This document shows positions 39,223 to 39,930 of a stretch of DNA of 39,930 bases, piece after piece. The position numbers were made by a program, and so were the translations under genes. The stretch lies in the NCBI GenBank assembly GCA_003135555.1, contig PLCF01000030.1, positions 1-39,930 of the forward strand, in the 5' to 3' direction. The first letter of the stretch is position 1. The number at the start of each line of letters is the position of its first letter. The notes beneath the pieces were generated by a model. That model was not told the DNA's origin and searched no databases. It saw only the letters and a list, made by a program, of their open reading frames with translations. Source of the stretch: Vulcanimicrobiota bacterium. Lineage in GTDB: Bacteria; Vulcanimicrobiota; Vulcanimicrobiia; Vulcanimicrobiales; Vulcanimicrobiaceae.

Positions 39223-39388
39223 AAGCCGTTGTGTCCGGCCGCGGACGCGACGCGCGTTCGCGCGCCCACCGCATTCGCCGTGCGGGTGGAAAACGAGGTC
39301 GGACGTCGAGTGAGATGCTCGCGTGCCGGTCGAGGCGACGACACCTGGCCGCGCCGGGCAAGATAAACCACCAGAGAGCAGTTTTCTT

Positions 39389-39784
39389 TTGGCCGCGAAG
39401 AAGCAAACCAAGACGCGCAAGAAGCGCGAGTTCAAAAACGTCGGATCGGGCGTCGCGCACATTCACTCGTCGTTCAACAACACGATCGTGACGATCACCG
39501 ACAACACCGGTTCGACGATCGCCTGGGCCTCGGCCGGCAACCTCGGCTTCAAGGGCTCGAAGAAGTCGACGCCGTTCGCCGCGCAGATGGCCGCTGAGGC
39601 CGTCGCGCGCAAAGCGATGGATCACGGGATGAAGACCGCCGAGGTCTACGTCAAGGGTCCCGGGGCCGGGCGCGAAGCCGCCATTCGTTCGCTGCAGGCC
39701 GCCGGTCTGGAGATCACGCTCATCAAAGACGTCACGCCGATCCCGCATAACGGCTGCCGCCCGCCGAAGCGCCGTCGAGTGTAA
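39389..39784 (+). CDS. rpsK: 30S ribosomal protein S11
   Basis: [51 protein letters not shown] start inferred. Confidence 0.99.
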   Translation: MAAKKQTKTRKKREFKNVGSGVAHIHSSFNNTIVTITDNTGSTIAWASAGNLGFKGSKKSTPFAAQMAAEAVARKAMDHGMKTAEVYVKGPGAGREAAIRSLQAAGLEITLIKDVTPIPHNGCRPPKRRRV

Positions 39785-39802
39785 GGGAGTTTAGAGAAAA
39801 AG

Positions 39803-39930
39803 ATGGCCCGTTACACCGCAGCCGTGTGCCGCCTGTGCCGCCGCGAAACCGCGACGTCCAAGACCGGCGAAAAGATCAAGCTCTTCCTCAAGGGCGACCG
39901 CTGTCTGTCCAAAAAGTGCGCCGTCGAGCG
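39803..39930 (+). CDS. rpsD: 30S ribosomal protein S4, 5' part (runs off window end)
   Basis: Manual translation [42 protein letters not shown]. Confidence 0.98.
   Translation, partial: MARYTAAVCRLCRRETATSKTGEKIKLFLKGDRCLSKKCAVE

Overview
The window holds a ribosomal-protein superoperon (tuf 3' end, S10, spc, secY-adk-map-rpmJ-rpsM; 1-14197) and, at the far end, rpsK and the start of rpsD (39389-39930). About 25 kb of accessory DNA lies between rpsM and rpsK, which are normally adjacent. rpsM ends in a strong terminator, and rpsK has its own candidate promoter and structured leader. The first ~4.07 kb looks actinobacterial (Acidimicrobiia-like). From the 3' end of rpsS onward the proteins and codon style look like another phylum (most like Eremiobacterota, from recall), so the contig may be chimeric. 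The accessory block contains a few metabolic genes, HipBA and Xre-RES toxin-antitoxin pairs, and three 3'-half copies of a tRNA-Asn gene that look like tandem att scars; no intact tRNA or integrase was recognised. The most promising undescribed systems are (a) a coupled operon of a HARE-HTH/Mrr-like nuclease, a catalytically eroded LigD-type primase-polymerase and a protealysin-like M4 protease, (b) a coupled pair of divergent UDG-superfamily genes facing a PD-(D/E)XK nuclease, and (c) two tandem Tat-exported proteins with Cys/His repeats. All family assignments come from motifs read by eye; no database search was run.
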